A stretch of DNA of 64,000 nt from Rebecca billardiae RCC1528 (Eukaryota; Protista; Haptophyta), in the NCBI GenBank assembly GCA_965240325.2, contig OZ251228.1, forward strand, positions 1,178,001 through 1,242,000, given 5' to 3'. Below are positions 10,619-24,190 of this stretch, one piece after another. The first letter of the stretch is position 1, and each line of letters opens with the position of its first letter. The notes under the pieces were generated by a model. It was not told the DNA's origin, made no database searches, and worked only from the letters and a program-made list of their open reading frames with translations. Both the position numbers and the translations under genes were made by a program.

Positions 10619-12094
10619 TCACTGACTGTTCCCAGCGAGCGACGCTGGGTTGCACCACGCTTTGCAGAATTTCCCGTGATCCTTCCACGCACACAGCTGG
10701 TGCTCGCGCGAGCAGAAGACCGCCACGTGACAGCGACTGCACCTCTTCAGACCACTCGTCTTGGCGCACACCATGCAGCACTTGGACACCACCTCGCGCC
10801 TCCCGGCGAGCCCACTCAGCGCCTTCGTCACGGATGTGTTGAGAGAGCTGTCGAGCTCGGAGGCACGGCGCAGCAGGCGTGCGCCCTCATCTACATCACG
10901 CTGCACTCCCGCGCCCAGCACAAGTGCCGACCCTAGCATGAGGTGAGCCAGAGAATGTCCGGCATTCTTAGCCAGCCGATACCAGCGCGTCGCCTCAGCC
11001 AGATCCTGCGCCACGCCTTGGCCGTGCGTGTAGCACACGCCCAGGTTGCATTGCGCACCTGTGTGGCCCTGCTCGGCCGCCAGCCGGTACCAGCGCGCCG
11101 CCTCGGCCCAATCCTGCGCCACGCCCTCGCCTAGTGCGTAGCACCCGCCCAGGTTGCTTTGCGCACCTGCGTGGCCCTGCTCGGCCGCCAGCCGGTACCA
11201 GCGCGCCGCCTCGGCCCAATCCTGCGCCACGCCGTCGCCTAGTGCGTAGCACCCACCCAGCTTGCATTGCGCATCTGCGAGGCCCTGCTCGGCCGGCAGC
11301 CGGTACCAGCGCGCCTGCTCGGTCACATCCTGCGCCACGCCGTCGCCTTGTGCGCAGCACGTGCCCAGGTTGCACTGCGCAACCGTGTGGCCCTGCTCGG
11401 CTGCCAGCCGGGACCAGCGCGCCGCCTCAGCCCAATCCTGCGCCACGCCGTCGCCTCGCGCGTAGCACCCGCCTAGGTTGCATTGCGCCTCCGCGTTGCC
11501 CTGCTCGGCCGCCAGCCGGTACCAGCGCGCCGCCTCGGCCACATCCTGCGCCACGCCCTTGCCTCGATCGTAGAACACGCCCAGGCTGCATTGCGCCTTC
11601 GCGTTGCCCTGCTCGGCCGCCAGCCGGTACCAGCGCGCCGCCTCGGCCACATCCTGCGACACACCCTGACCTAGTGTGTAGCGCGTGCCTAGGTTGTACT
11701 GCGCCTGCGCGTGGCCCTGCTCGGCCGCCAGCCGGTACCAGCGCGCCGCCTCGACCGCATCCTGCGCCACGCCCTTGCCTTGTGCGCAGCACGTGCCCAG
11801 GTGGCATTGCCCCTGCGCGTGGCCCTGCTCGGCCGCCTGGCGACACAGACCCGCGATTTCGGCATCGCTCATGGCTTGATCCAGTTCGCCCTTCGCTCCT
11901 TTCTCTGCAAGCCTCACCTGAGCGTCCGCAAGCCCGCGGTCGGCGGCGATCCGATACAGGCGTTCCGCCTCGTGTACATCTTGGGCGACACCGTCGCCGA
12001 CTTCGTGGCGCTGCGCCAGGATGAACGTGGCGCGTGGATTGTCGCGCGCAGCGGCTTTCCGAAGCAGCTTGATCGTGGCAGTCTGATTCGCCAT
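10619..12094 (-). CDS. SEL1-like repeat protein with C-terminal MYND zinc finger, copy 2
   Basis: Same architecture as 2352-3824, 491 aa, intronless. Confidence 0.92.
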   Translation of the reverse strand: MANQTATIKLLRKAAARDNPRATFILAQRHEVGDGVAQDVHEAERLYRIAADRGLADAQVRLAEKGAKGELDQAMSDAEIAGLCRQAAEQGHAQGQCHLGTCCAQGKGVAQDAVEAARWYRLAAEQGHAQAQYNLGTRYTLGQGVSQDVAEAARWYRLAAEQGNAKAQCSLGVFYDRGKGVAQDVAEAARWYRLAAEQGNAEAQCNLGGCYARGDGVAQDWAEAARWSRLAAEQGHTVAQCNLGTCCAQGDGVAQDVTEQARWYRLPAEQGLADAQCKLGGCYALGDGVAQDWAEAARWYRLAAEQGHAGAQSNLGGCYALGEGVAQDWAEAARWYRLAAEQGHTGAQCNLGVCYTHGQGVAQDLAEATRWYRLAKNAGHSLAHLMLGSALVLGAGVQRDVDEGARLLRRASELDSSLNTSVTKALSGLAGRREVVSKCCMVCAKTSGLKRCSRCHVAVFCSREHQLCAWKDHGKFCKAWCNPASLAGNSQ

Positions 12095-12396
12095 CCGAGC
12101 GCGTGGGCGTTGAGCGCGGCGGTCGCAGTGGGCGTGGGGTACAGGCGGTTGGCCTCACGCCCTTCGTCACACTGAACACCGCGCGCCCGCGGAGCGACTT
12201 GGAGGAGTTTGAATTGAGCGGATGGCCCGCCCCGGCCGGACTCATCCGTCCGGAATTGTTCACCGCCAGAACTGAGCGATCTGAACATGATCTGAAATCT
12301 GAAATCGTGCGCGCGCGAGCGCGGAATTCTCAGTCGGCATCAACGCGTCTCTCGATCGGCCGAAGCGCAATCGCGCGAAGAGAACAGCACGACATC

Positions 12397-15300
12397 ATGC
12401 GACGCCTCTACCTCACCGCGCTCGCGACGCTGACGTGCGCGCGCAGGGCGCACTCCAGCGGCAGCCTCGGGGGCTCGGTGCTGGGCCGGGCGCGCGTCTC
12501 GAGTAGCTCCATCTTCGCCACCGCGGTCGGCGCGCGCCCTCCAAGCGCGGCGGCTGTGCCCGCACCGGCGGCGCATGCTGCTTTCGACCTCGTCGCTGAT
12601 GAGCACGTCGCCGAGTTTGGGATCGGCGTGCGCACGTACGTGCACAAGCTGACCGGCGCGACGGTGCTCTCGGTCGTCAGCCCCAACGACGAGCACAAGA
12701 CCTTCCTCGCCGCCTTCAAGACCGCCGCGGGCGGCGACGCGCTCGGCTCGACAGGCGTCGCGCACATTCTCGAGCACTCAGTCCTGTGCGGCTCGGCCAA
12801 GTACCCGCTCAAGGAGCCGTTCGTCGAGCTGCTCAAGGGCTCGTGCCAGACATTTCTGTGCGCGCGCGCGGAGGGCACGTGCGCCGCCCTCGCGCCGCGC
12901 CACTGCGCCGCAGTGCCGAGTCTCAGACCGCTCGTCTCACGCGCTCGGCCGCGCGCGGCTGCACGCGCCGCGCTCGTGCGCGCACGCCTCGTGCCGCCGC
13001 CACAGGAACGCGCTCACGTACCCGGACCGCACCGTGTACCCCGTGTCCTCGCTCTCCACGGCTGACATGTACAACCTGATGGACGTGCGCGCCCCCGCCA
13101 TCACCCGCGCGCGCGCGCGCCCGAGTCACTGTCGGGGCGTTGGGGCAGGCCGCGACCCGACCGGTGCGACCGCTGTGCGCCGCCTGCGCTGCGCGCGCGC
13201 TGAGAGAGAGTGTGTGCACGCGCGCCGCCGCGCGGTCCGCTGGGCAGGTCTACCTCGACGCCACGCTGTGCCCACTCGCGACGCGCGGCGACGAGCGCGG
13301 CCGCCGCATCTTCCGGCAGGAGGGCTGGCGAGTGCACGTGGACAGTTCGGCACGCGGCGGCGAGAGCGCGGACAAGGGCGGCGGCAGCGAGGGGTCGGCT
13401 CCGCCGGGGGCTGCGCCGGCGGAGTCGGGGCTGAGCCTGCAGGGCGTCGTGTACAACGAGATGAAGGGCGTGTACCAGTCCGCCGACTCGCTGCACGCGC
13501 GCACCGTGCAGCAGGCGCTCTTCCCAGACACCGCCTACTCGCACGACAGCGGCGGCGCGCCCGACTCCATCCCCGCGCTGAGCTACGAGCACTTCTGCGA
13601 GTTCCACGCGCACTGCTACGACCCGGCGCGCGCGCTGCTGTACGCGTACGGCGACGACCCCGAGGCGGAGCGGCTGCGCCGGATCGACGAGCGGCTCGCC
13701 GCCGCGCACGCCGAGCGCTCGGCGCGCGCCGCGGCCGACAGCGGCGCGCCGGCGGCGGCCGGCGGCGCGGCCGCGGCGGTCGCCGCTGCGGCGGGCTCCC
13801 CAGGCTGGCAGCGGCTGCGGCCGCAGCCGTGGCGCGTGCGCTCCACCTACCCCGCGGCGCGCGGCGGCTCCGACGAGCCCGCCGCCGCCGGCGGCGGCGG
13901 CGGCGACACGGACACGACATATGTGTCCGTCAACTGGCTTCTCGCCGAGTCCCCTCTGAGCCCGGTCGAGCGGCTGCGGCTGGGCGTGCTGAGCAACCTG
14001 CTGCTCGGCACCTCGGCGGCGCCGCTGCGCCGCGCGCTGCTCAAGTCGGGGCTGGGCACCGCGGTGATCGGCGGCGGGCTCTCCGACGGGCTGCTCCAGC
14101 CCACCTTCTCCGTCGGCCTCAAGGGCGTCGCGCCCGCGCGCGGAGACGGGCCGACGGGCGGCGGTCCGGTCGACGCGGTGCAGTCGCTCGTGCTGAAGAC
14201 GCTCGAGCAGATCGCCGCGCCGCCGGGCGGCTCGGCGGGCGCGGACGCGGGCGCGGGCGGCTCGGCGGGCGCGCCGGGCGGCGCGGACGCGGAGATCGCG
14301 GCGGAGGCGGCGCGCTGCTTCGACGCCGACGCGCTCGAGGGCGCGCTCAACTCGCTCGAGTTCCGCCTGCGCGAGCTGTGCGCGTCGGAGCGCCGAGGGC
14401 TGTCGCTCGGCCTCGCGGCCGCGGCGGACTGGACGCACGGGCGGGCGACGCCGATTGAAGGCTGGCGCTTTGCCGAGCCGCTCGCGCAGGTGCGCGCCGA
14501 GCTGCAGGGCGAGGGCGGCGCGGAGGCGCTGCGCGGGCTGGTGCGCACGCTGCTGCTCGCTAACACGCACCGCGTCACGGTGTCGCTCGAGCCGAGCGCC
14601 GAGCACGGGCCGCAGGTGGCCTCGGCGGAGGCGACGCACCTGCGGCGCGCGGCGCGGCTGCAGGAGGCGCCCGACGCGGGGGCGCAAGCGGCCCGGCGCG
14701 CCGAGCTCGAGCGCGACACGGCGGAGCTGCTCGCGGCGCAGCGCGCGCCCGACCCGCCAGAGGCCCTCCAGGCACTCCCGACGCTGCGGCTCGCGGACCT
14801 CGAGCGGCGCGTGGCGCCCCCGGTGCCGACGGACGTGGCGGCGGCGCCCAAGGCGACGCTCGCTTCGGGCGGCGGCGGCGGCGCGGGGGCGCCGAGCCCA
14901 GCCGGCCGCCTCCTCACCATCACGCACGCCATGCCCGAGTGCGGCGGCATTGTGTACGCGGACGTGGCGCTCGGGCTGGAGAGCGTGCTCGCCGATCTGG
15001 CCGAGGCCGCGGCCTCCGGCCCGTGGCCGCCGCCCGCCGGCACCGCGGCGGAGGCGGCCGCGCGCCGCGCCGCCGCGGACCTCGAGCTCTTCCCTCTGCT
15101 CCTGCGCGCGCTGACGGAGGCGGGCGCGGGCGCGCGCGGCGAGGTCGCCTACTCGCGCGAGCTGACGCGCTGCACCGGCGGCGTGTCCGCGTCGCTTCTC
15201 CACACAACCGTCGCGCGCGGGCCCGGCGCTGTGCCGCCCGCGCTCGGCGCGCACGGCCACATTGGCCTGCTGGTGATGCGCGGCCGCGCGCTCGCCTCGC

Positions 15301-16445
15301 GCTCGTCCGAGCTGTCGGGGCTGATGCGCGACGCGCTCGTCGCGCCCGCGCTGGGTAACCGCGACAAGCTGCGTCAGATTGCGCGCGAGCAGCTCGCGCG
15401 CGCTGAGGCGGCCGCGCGCTCGTCGGGCAACGCCCTCGCCGCGTCCCGCGCCGCCGCCGCGTTCTCGCTCGACGGTTGGATCGGCGAGCAGACGGGCGGG
15501 ATCACTCGGCTCGACGCGGCGAGGCGGCTCGCCAAGGCCATCGACGACGACGGCGCGTGGGCGGAGCTGCACGCGCGTCTGCGCTCGCTGCACGCGCGGC
15601 TGCTCTGCGCGGACGAGGCCGTGCTCAACCTGGGCGCGGACGAGCAGTCGATGCCCGCCGCGCTCGACGCCTTCGCCTCCCTCACAGCCGAGCTGCGCGC
15701 CGCGGCCGCGGACTCGGAGCTCGCGGCGCGCGCAACGGACGCGGCGGCGGACGCGGCGCGCGAGCGCGCCGCGAGCGCGCTCGGCGCGCCGTTTGTCGCG
15801 CCGCCCCTGCGCGAGGGCCTGCGCGCGCCGCTCACAGTCGGGCACGCCTGCCTCGCCGCGCAGCTGCCGCCTATCGCCGGCGCCGCGTGCGCGGACCGAC
15901 TCCCCGGCTCCGTCGCGGTCGCGTCGCGGCTGATGCGCACCGGCCACCTCTGGGACGCCGTCCGCGTGCAGGGCGGCGCGTACGGCGCGGCCGTCGCGAT
16001 GGACCGGGCGGAGCGGTTCGTCACGTTCACCTCTTACCGGGACCCGACGCCGGGGCGCTCGGTCGGCGCGTTCCGCGAGGCGGGCGCGGCGCTCGTGCGC
16101 ATGGCGGACGAGCTGCCCGACGGCGAGCTCGAGCGCGTGCTCGTCGGCGCGGCGGGCCAGCTCGAGCGCCCGATGGGCGCATCCGCCAAGAGCTGGGCCG
16201 CGATGATCCGGCACGTGACCGGGTACGCGGACGAGGCGCGGCAGCTGTGGCGCGACGAGGTGTTCGGCACCGACCGCGCGCAGCTCCGCGCCATCGGCCA
16301 CGCGGTCGAGGCCGCCACCGCCGAGGCAGGCGCGCCCGGCACGCACAAGCCACCGTCCATCGTGCTCGTCGGCGGCCAGCCCATCCTGGATGCAGCGCAG
16401 GCCGCTGGGCTGGACGGCGGCCTGGCTGTGCGCGACATGCTGTGA
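12397..16445 (+). CDS. PREP: Presequence protease (peptidase M16C, PreP/PITRM1/Cym1 family); exons 12397-12857, 13006-13084, 13248-16445
   Basis: STGVAHILEHSVLCGSAKYPLKEPFVELLKGS (HxxEH). Splicing two GT-AG introns gives TFLNALTYPDRTVYPVSS and YNLMD|VYLDA. Also [27 protein letters not shown] and an N-terminal transit-peptide-like sequence. Confidence 0.93.
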
Positions 16446-16809
16446 GTGAGCGCAGTCGCAGGGCGGTGCTGCCCTCACCGGCCTCACCCGCCCGCGTGCG
16501 ACGCACTTTCGTCAATCGTCATCTGAGACTGATGATATGAGTCGCGTGATATGATGGCGCACCCCCCCCACCCCCCAAAGGTCTGAGCGTGAGCGAAAGC
16601 CGGCGGGGGGGGCGGCGCACGTGCTCCGCCGCATGAATCAATAAAAAATATAAGAGGAATAGGATGAGCGCGGATTTTGCTGAATATTTTGATGATATGC
16701 CGATGATGGGGATAATTATTGCCATGGGGATTTTGTAGGCGTGCGTGCTAGTCAGCTAGATAAATTAACGACGTGGTATGCATGCAACGGGAGTCAGCTA
16801 GATAAATGG

Positions 16810-18510
<1,701 letters not shown>

Positions 18511-18511
18511 T

Positions 18512-18605
<94 letters not shown>

Positions 18606-19315
18606 CCTGCATGAAGAGCGACGCGACGCCATTGAGTATGGACGAACATCACCCACAGTCTGCGTGATGTGCATGCGAGGGCAGGTATTGCAGCATATAT
18701 GCGAGCATGCAGCAAATGCCGATACACACCATGCCGAAATGGTGATGTATAAATATATACTTGCGCGTGGTGGGGATTTGTCCCTGGCTGAACGGGAAGA
18801 GCGACTGAGCCGACGGTGCCAAAGCTGCGCGCAGACTGCGCCAGCGTGTGGCAGCAAGGTTCGCAACGAGCACAAGCAAAGAACGCAGAGGAGATGGCGG
18901 GACCTCGGGCTTTGCAGATGCGCAGGCCGAAGCAGGGGCTGCCGAGAGATGAGCAGCTCGGCCCGAAAGGTCGTGTAACCGATGATCGAGCGAGCTCTGC
19001 TAGGTGGGCTGCTTGATATGAACTTTGGTAAGTTGCCACGCCGACTTAAGATGACCTTGTATATGATCTCGAGCGCCGGATAGTGGAGAGGAGCGGGTAC
19101 TTACAGAGGAGCCAGTGTGGTTGGCCGATGTGAAAGGACCAGCGCCCGCCATGATGATGATAAAGGATAGCTCCGTGGCCGATGAGCTCCGGAAATCGAC
19201 TGCAACTACCTGCAGGACCTAGAAGACGATGGCGGCCCTTGTCCACCAGCTGCGCGTTGCCTTTCCAGCCTCCCGACACACTCGGTTATAACTCCGTTAT
19301 AACGCCACATATATA

Positions 19316-20794
19316 TAAACTCTGCCCTGGCGGGCGGGGGGGTCGGCGGGCCGTGCCAGTGCTGTCGCAATATTTCCCCAGCGGGTTCGCGCCTTTTATT
19401 TAGCGGTTTGACGGGCAGGATGACGAATAACAATGCGACACACAGATGATGGTGAGCTACCTGACTCACTGACGAATAATAACGCGACAGATGACTCTGG
19501 TGATCTCACCGACAGTGTGATTGCGCGTGTTATTTATTCGTGCACCCACTCGGCGCTACTCGTCAAGTCCCGGGTGCCGAGCCGTCGACTGCGCGCACGC
19601 ACTGCCAACTGATTGGCGTGCGACGGCGGCTTGCTTGTGACGCCTGACGGTGACGGTTCAATGTCCTCGGAGCTAAACAGTGGTGGCGGAGTGTGATGTC
19701 ATGTTTCATTTGTTTAGGTCGTCTGGAAGTGCGGTGCGCGCGCGCGCAGTGCGAGAGCGTGTGCCACTCGCGATCGAGGGTGGGCACGCGCTGCTCGAGC
19801 AGGCACAGGAAGCGCAGCGCATGTGCCACTGGCTTCACGACGTCGGCCTCGTCCCGCAGCGCTCGTGACATGGTGGAGGATGGGGCGACAATGTTGCACG
19901 CTCGGCGTTTCAGCTCGTCGCGGATGCGCCTCTGGGATCGGTCATAGCGCTGTGCGACGAGGGCCGCCGACTCGCCAAGACGCGGTTCCTTCCACGGCTG
20001 CAAACCCGGGAGGTGCGTGCGGTGCGCGTCGTACGCCGCTTTGCGCTGCCCCTCCGTCGCATTGGTCACCGTCGGCGCCATGCAGGCCGGACGTGGGCCC
20101 TCGAGCGCCGAGCGATCTTTGCCCGCGAGCTCGCGAGGAACACCACCGATCGTAGCAAACGGATTTGCATGCGCCCGACCTTGCCAAGGACCGGGGCACG
20201 CGACAGTCCGGTGTGTGGATTCCGGTTATGGTGTTCAGAAGGCCGCGCCAAATCTTGCGTCGCGTGCGATCGCGCTTCCCGCCCGCGAGACGCCTCGTGA
20301 TGAGAGCAGTTCCGCACCGAGCCCGACGCGCGACGGTGAATCGAGCGAGGCGGCCATCGTGCGCAGCGCTTGGTGCTATGGCCGGTGCGAGCGTTCGACG
20401 TGCACGTCGGGCGAGGATCGCCCCAGGTCGCACGATCGTGTCGACGCGCCGAGCGTACCGCTCCAAACGCGTCGATTTAGCGCCCGTTCGACCTGCACGC
20501 GAGACGACGAGGGCAGCAATCGCGAATCGGGCGAAAACACCGTTCGGGAATCCCCGCGCGATGTCCGCGCCGGCGTTGGATTCGGCGCGCGCGGCCCACG
20601 CGCTCCGCGCCAGGCGCCATATGGTTTTCGGCCGAGCGTCCCCAGTGGGAGCTGCGAGGGCGCCCGGTAGTGAGCGAAGCGACCCGGCAGTGAGCGAGGC
20701 GATTTTCTTTTCTTTGCGAGGCGATTTTCTTTTTTCCTTTTCTTTTTCTTATCTTTTTCCCGGGCACTACAAGGGGCGGACCTACGGCCCGCCA
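19316..20794 (-). mobile_element. Non-autonomous Helitron2/Helentron-like element, copy A (partner 40972-42511)
   Basis: Both ends are shared with copy B: 5' TGGCGGGCCGTAGGTCCGCCCCTTGTAGTGCCCGGG and 3' GCACGGCCCGCCGACCCCCCCGCCCGCCAGGGCAGAGTTTA. It has 10-bp asymmetric inverted repeats and a 5' hairpin. Confidence 0.6.
19563..20081 (-). CDS. Transposon-borne hypothetical ORF (first exon probably ends ~19750)
   Basis: MAPTVTNATEGQRKAAYDAHRTHLPGLQPW...PTLDREWHTLS is conserved, with a frameshift, in copy B at 41602-41932. Confidence 0.45.
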   Translation of the reverse strand: MAPTVTNATEGQRKAAYDAHRTHLPGLQPWKEPRLGESAALVAQRYDRSQRRIRDELKRRACNIVAPSSTMSRALRDEADVVKPVAHALRFLCLLEQRVPTLDREWHTLSHCARAHRTSRRPKQMKHDITLRHHCLAPRTLNRHRQASQASRRRTPISWQCVRAVDGSAPGT

Positions 20795-20878
20795 TATATA
20801 CTACGGTATAGATTGAGGTGACGATGTGATGATTGCGATGATGAAAAGCGCGCACACAGGGGGCTGGCTGTGCCAGGG

Positions 20879-20948
20879 TAGGGCTGGAGGCCTGGAGGCT
20901 TCGGCCGGGCCAGTCTGATTATCCGGAGCCCATTATAAAGGGGACGAA
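20879..20948. mobile_element. Transposon terminus fragment (hAT-like YAGGGCTGG start), inverted homolog at 591-650
   Basis: TAGGGCTGGAGG..CTTCGGCCG..CCAGTCTG..CCGGAGCCC.TTATAAAGGGG.CGAA matches the reverse complement of 591-650. Confidence 0.5.
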
Positions 20949-21278
20949 TTTATAATTAGTAGTACTAGTACTAGCAGTGACGAAAAAAAACGGGATTATC
21001 GTTATACCCCCCCCCATCGCGTTATACCCATTCTATGATTTAACGACACAGGTAGGACGGCGCAGGTCTCCTGCTTTGCCTGCTTCGTCGTCGGCAGTGC
21101 CCGATCGTCGACACGAAGTCGGCGTTGGTCGGGCAGAGCATAGCCTGAACCGCGATCGAATGGCTTGAGCGCGGCCTTGAGCTGCTGGAGCGCGATCCAC
21201 CTGCGCTGCGCGGCTCGCATGGACCTGCTGTGCCCCGAGCGAGGGCGAGGGTGCAGGTCCGGATGTCAGACGGCCGTC

Positions 21279-21848
21279 TCAGCCGCTGGGCCCTAGCGGG
21301 TGATCCGGCGGTGATGTAGTCGTCCCCGTGTGCCCTGCGCGGCCGCGTGCGCGCTTGCCGCTCTGCTCAGCTGGCTTGCTGGCGGCGGCTGGCGCTGCTG
21401 CGGCGTGCAGGGTACGCTTTGCCCCCGACTGCTGCGCATCCTCGTCGTCCGAGCCGTCGTCCATGGACGAGTCTCGGTCCGCGTGGGGGACAGCAGCTGG
21501 AGCAGGCGCAGGTGCTGCGGGCAGAGAGGCCGCCAGCCGCGCCGCCTTGCGCTCCTGGCGTTTCTCGACGGCGCGCCGCGACGAGGTGCGGCGGCTCGAT
21601 GGAGATCGAATCCGCCTGCCCTGCGCGTCACGCCGAGGCCCGCGCTTCCCGCGCCGAGGCTTCTTCTTCCGCTTCTGAGAGTGCTGCTGCTCGCCGTTTG
21701 CAGCCTGCACTCCAGTACCCGTAACCCGTCCGACACGAGCCGATTTTCGGGGAAATTCTCGCGCGGGCCGCACGAGCGCACATGAGACGCTACGGTGGTC
21801 GCGCAGGCGCCTGGCGAGTGCCCAGGGCATGGGACTGCAACATCCCAC
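21279..21848 (-). other. Basic/acidic low-complexity ORF, possibly a transposon ORF remnant
   Basis: KRKKKPRRGKRGPRR NLS-like block and acidic DDGSDDED. No recognisable domain. Confidence 0.25.
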
Positions 21849-22684
21849 CCAGCCTCCGCATCCCTCCGCCCCTCTCTGCCTCGCCGGGTTGCACGCGGCT
21901 GGTTGGTCACGTAGCTCACGTGGACAGCCATTCGTGAGCGTGGGGCCCTGCTGCTAAGTGCGGCGATGCAGCGAGGCGAAGCGGCGCGTAAGATGGCGCA
22001 TCTTACTCCAAATGCAGTCTGCTGCCAGCACAGCCGCCCTCGCCGGAGTGCCTGGTCGTCACCTTCGTCGTGTGCACCTGTTGCGCCCTGCCGTCCACAA
22101 GCGAATGCCTCAGGCCTCCCGGGAGCCATTCAAACACGCTCGTCCTCGACGAGGCGTGCGCGAGGCACCGCGCGAGCGCGGGAGCGGCCCTTCCTAGCGT
22201 AGACCTGCACGGCCATCCACCTCGCCACAGCATGCCATGTCACACTCCTCCCCACACACACTGCTCGCGTGCCGCTGCGCCGGCCGGTCGACTAGCCAGG
22301 CAGAAGGGTGCACAGATATTTTCGACTGCGAGGAGACGGCGGCGAGCACAGGCGCGCGGCGCCGTCCCGCGCTTCATTGGGATGTTCTAGACCGGTCGCG
22401 CGCCCGCGGCACCGCGCCCGCCATCTCCGCGTCGCGTGCCAGTCCACGCCGCGCGCGTGGCTCTCGACGTGTGCGTCGAGGCGTCCTTGCGGCCGATTCG
22501 GACCCGCATGCATGTATTCAACAAAATAAATAAATAATACGACAAATCGCCGTCTACACGCGCGGCATTATGGCAGGGCCGTAGACGTAGTGGCGTAGTG
22601 ATAGATAGTCTCGGATAGTACTCCGAGTAGGCAGTAGCTACTCGTACGGCGGTCGTAGTCACTCGACAGTCACTCGTAGCCGAG

Positions 22685-24190
22685 TCAGAGCGATGCGACG
22701 CGCACGGGCGGCAGCTTGTCGACGAGCCACGGCCACGAGAGCTTTGCGACCGAGGCCATGCTCACGCCGTGGCCCAGCGCGCCCGACTGCTCGCCGCACG
22801 AGTGCACAACGCCCGCGGAGGTCACGAACAGGGTGTGGCTCGGCCCCATCGAGCAGCCGTGCACGTGCTCGTGCGCGAGCGCCTGCACGCGCTCCGGCAG
22901 CCTGGCGAGCCGTCTCTTGCCGAGGCCCAGCCGGCCGTCGTCGGTGTATCCGAACGTGTGCACGCTCCCGTACACGCCGAGCACCGCGCTCGTGCAGTAC
23001 CCAGCGCTCGCTCGCACAGCGCGCACGTCTGCGAGCGCAGCGATGCGCTTGGGCACGAAATGGCGCGCCTTCACGCCGTGGCCGAGGCAGCCGTCGACGC
23101 CGCTGCCGAAGGAGTGCACGCCGCCCTTGGCGTCGACGACGAGGCTGTGCGACCACCCGGCGCTGACGTGCACGGCGCGCACGCCCGCGAGCGCCTCGAC
23201 GCGCTGCGGCGTGCACTGCGAGCCGTCGTCCCCCAGCCCCAGGCAGCCATCCTCGCCGTAGCCGCACGCGTACACCACGCCCGACGCCGACACCAGTAGC
23301 GTGTGCCGGTCGCCGGCGGAGAGCCCCGCGATGCGCACGCCGTCGAGGGCTTCGATCCGCCGCGGCTCGAGCAGCTGCTTCGTGTCGCCGTGCCCAAGCT
23401 GCCCACTGTGGTTGCCGCCCCAGCTGTAGACGGCGCCGCCCGCGCCGATCGCGCAGCTGTAGCCGCTCCCGGCGTCAACGCACACGACGAGCTCGGCCTG
23501 CAGCGAGCGCAGCGGCACGAAGCACTCGCGCGCGTGCTGGTCGCCGAGGCCCAGCTGGCCGTGCCCGTTCGTGCCGCACACGTACACCGTGCCGCGCTCG
23601 CCGAGCGCGAGCAGGTGGTCGCACCCGGCAGCGACGGAGCGGATGCGCACCGAGGCGAGCGAAGCGACGCGCATCGGCAGCAACACGGGCAGCTCGTGCA
23701 GCTCGCTGTGCCCCAGCGCGTCGGGCGAGACCGCGCGCAGCGCACCGGGATTCTCATCCCCGTCGTCCTCGTACACCTCGCCGCACGTGTGCAGCCCCCC
23801 ATCGGTGTCGACGAACGCGCTGAAGGCTGTGTTGGCACGCCCCCCTGCCACCGCAGCGTGGGAGTGCATGCGCGCAATGTCGAAGACGCACTCACGCGCG
23901 AGCAGCTCCTCCGTCCACGTGCGGATGTTCGTGGGTAGCTCCTTCGGCGACGCATGCGCGTGCCCCCGCCGCCGGGCGCGCTCGCGCAGCGCGTGCTCCA
24001 CCGGCGAGCGGCTGCCGGGCGCGCCGCGGAACAGGCGCGACACGGCGTTGACGCTCGCAATGTCGTTGGAATGCTTCAGGAAGGCGACGATGCGCTCGAT
24101 GACCTCGGGCGGCACGTCCTCTAGCGCAAGCCTCGACGCGGCCCTGCGCCCCGCGCGGTGTGGCCGCGTCGTTGTCGGAGGCGGGCCCAT
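22685..24190 (-). CDS. F-box-like + RCC1-repeat beta-propeller protein
   Basis: N-terminal LEDVPPEVIERIVAFL..DIASVNAVSRLFR (F-box pattern). RCC1 repeats VAAGCDHLLAL..VYVCGTNGHGQLGLG and VYSWGGNHSGQLGHG. Intronless 501 aa. Confidence 0.88.
   Translation of the reverse strand: MGPPPTTTRPHRAGRRAASRLALEDVPPEVIERIVAFLKHSNDIASVNAVSRLFRGAPGSRSPVEHALRERARRRGHAHASPKELPTNIRTWTEELLARECVFDIARMHSHAAVAGGRANTAFSAFVDTDGGLHTCGEVYEDDGDENPGALRAVSPDALGHSELHELPVLLPMRVASLASVRIRSVAAGCDHLLALGERGTVYVCGTNGHGQLGLGDQHARECFVPLRSLQAELVVCVDAGSGYSCAIGAGGAVYSWGGNHSGQLGHGDTKQLLEPRRIEALDGVRIAGLSAGDRHTLLVSASGVVYACGYGEDGCLGLGDDGSQCTPQRVEALAGVRAVHVSAGWSHSLVVDAKGGVHSFGSGVDGCLGHGVKARHFVPKRIAALADVRAVRASAGYCTSAVLGVYGSVHTFGYTDDGRLGLGKRRLARLPERVQALAHEHVHGCSMGPSHTLFVTSAGVVHSCGEQSGALGHGVSMASVAKLSWPWLVDKLPPVRVASL

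Larger units (their letters stand above)
10119..12871. repeat. Segmental duplication copy 2 (partner 1490-4706), continuous with the intact PreP gene
   Basis: See copy 1. Confidence 0.9.

Noticed and set aside
13101-16487. 1128-aa antisense ORF and many similar Arg/Ala-rich ORFs across the window
   Set aside because: Shadow frames of GC-rich real genes with no domain motifs.
18603-19300. Possible SWIM-finger/MULE remnant (CVMC..HICEH)
   Set aside because: Spacing is imperfect and there are no other transposase motifs or termini.
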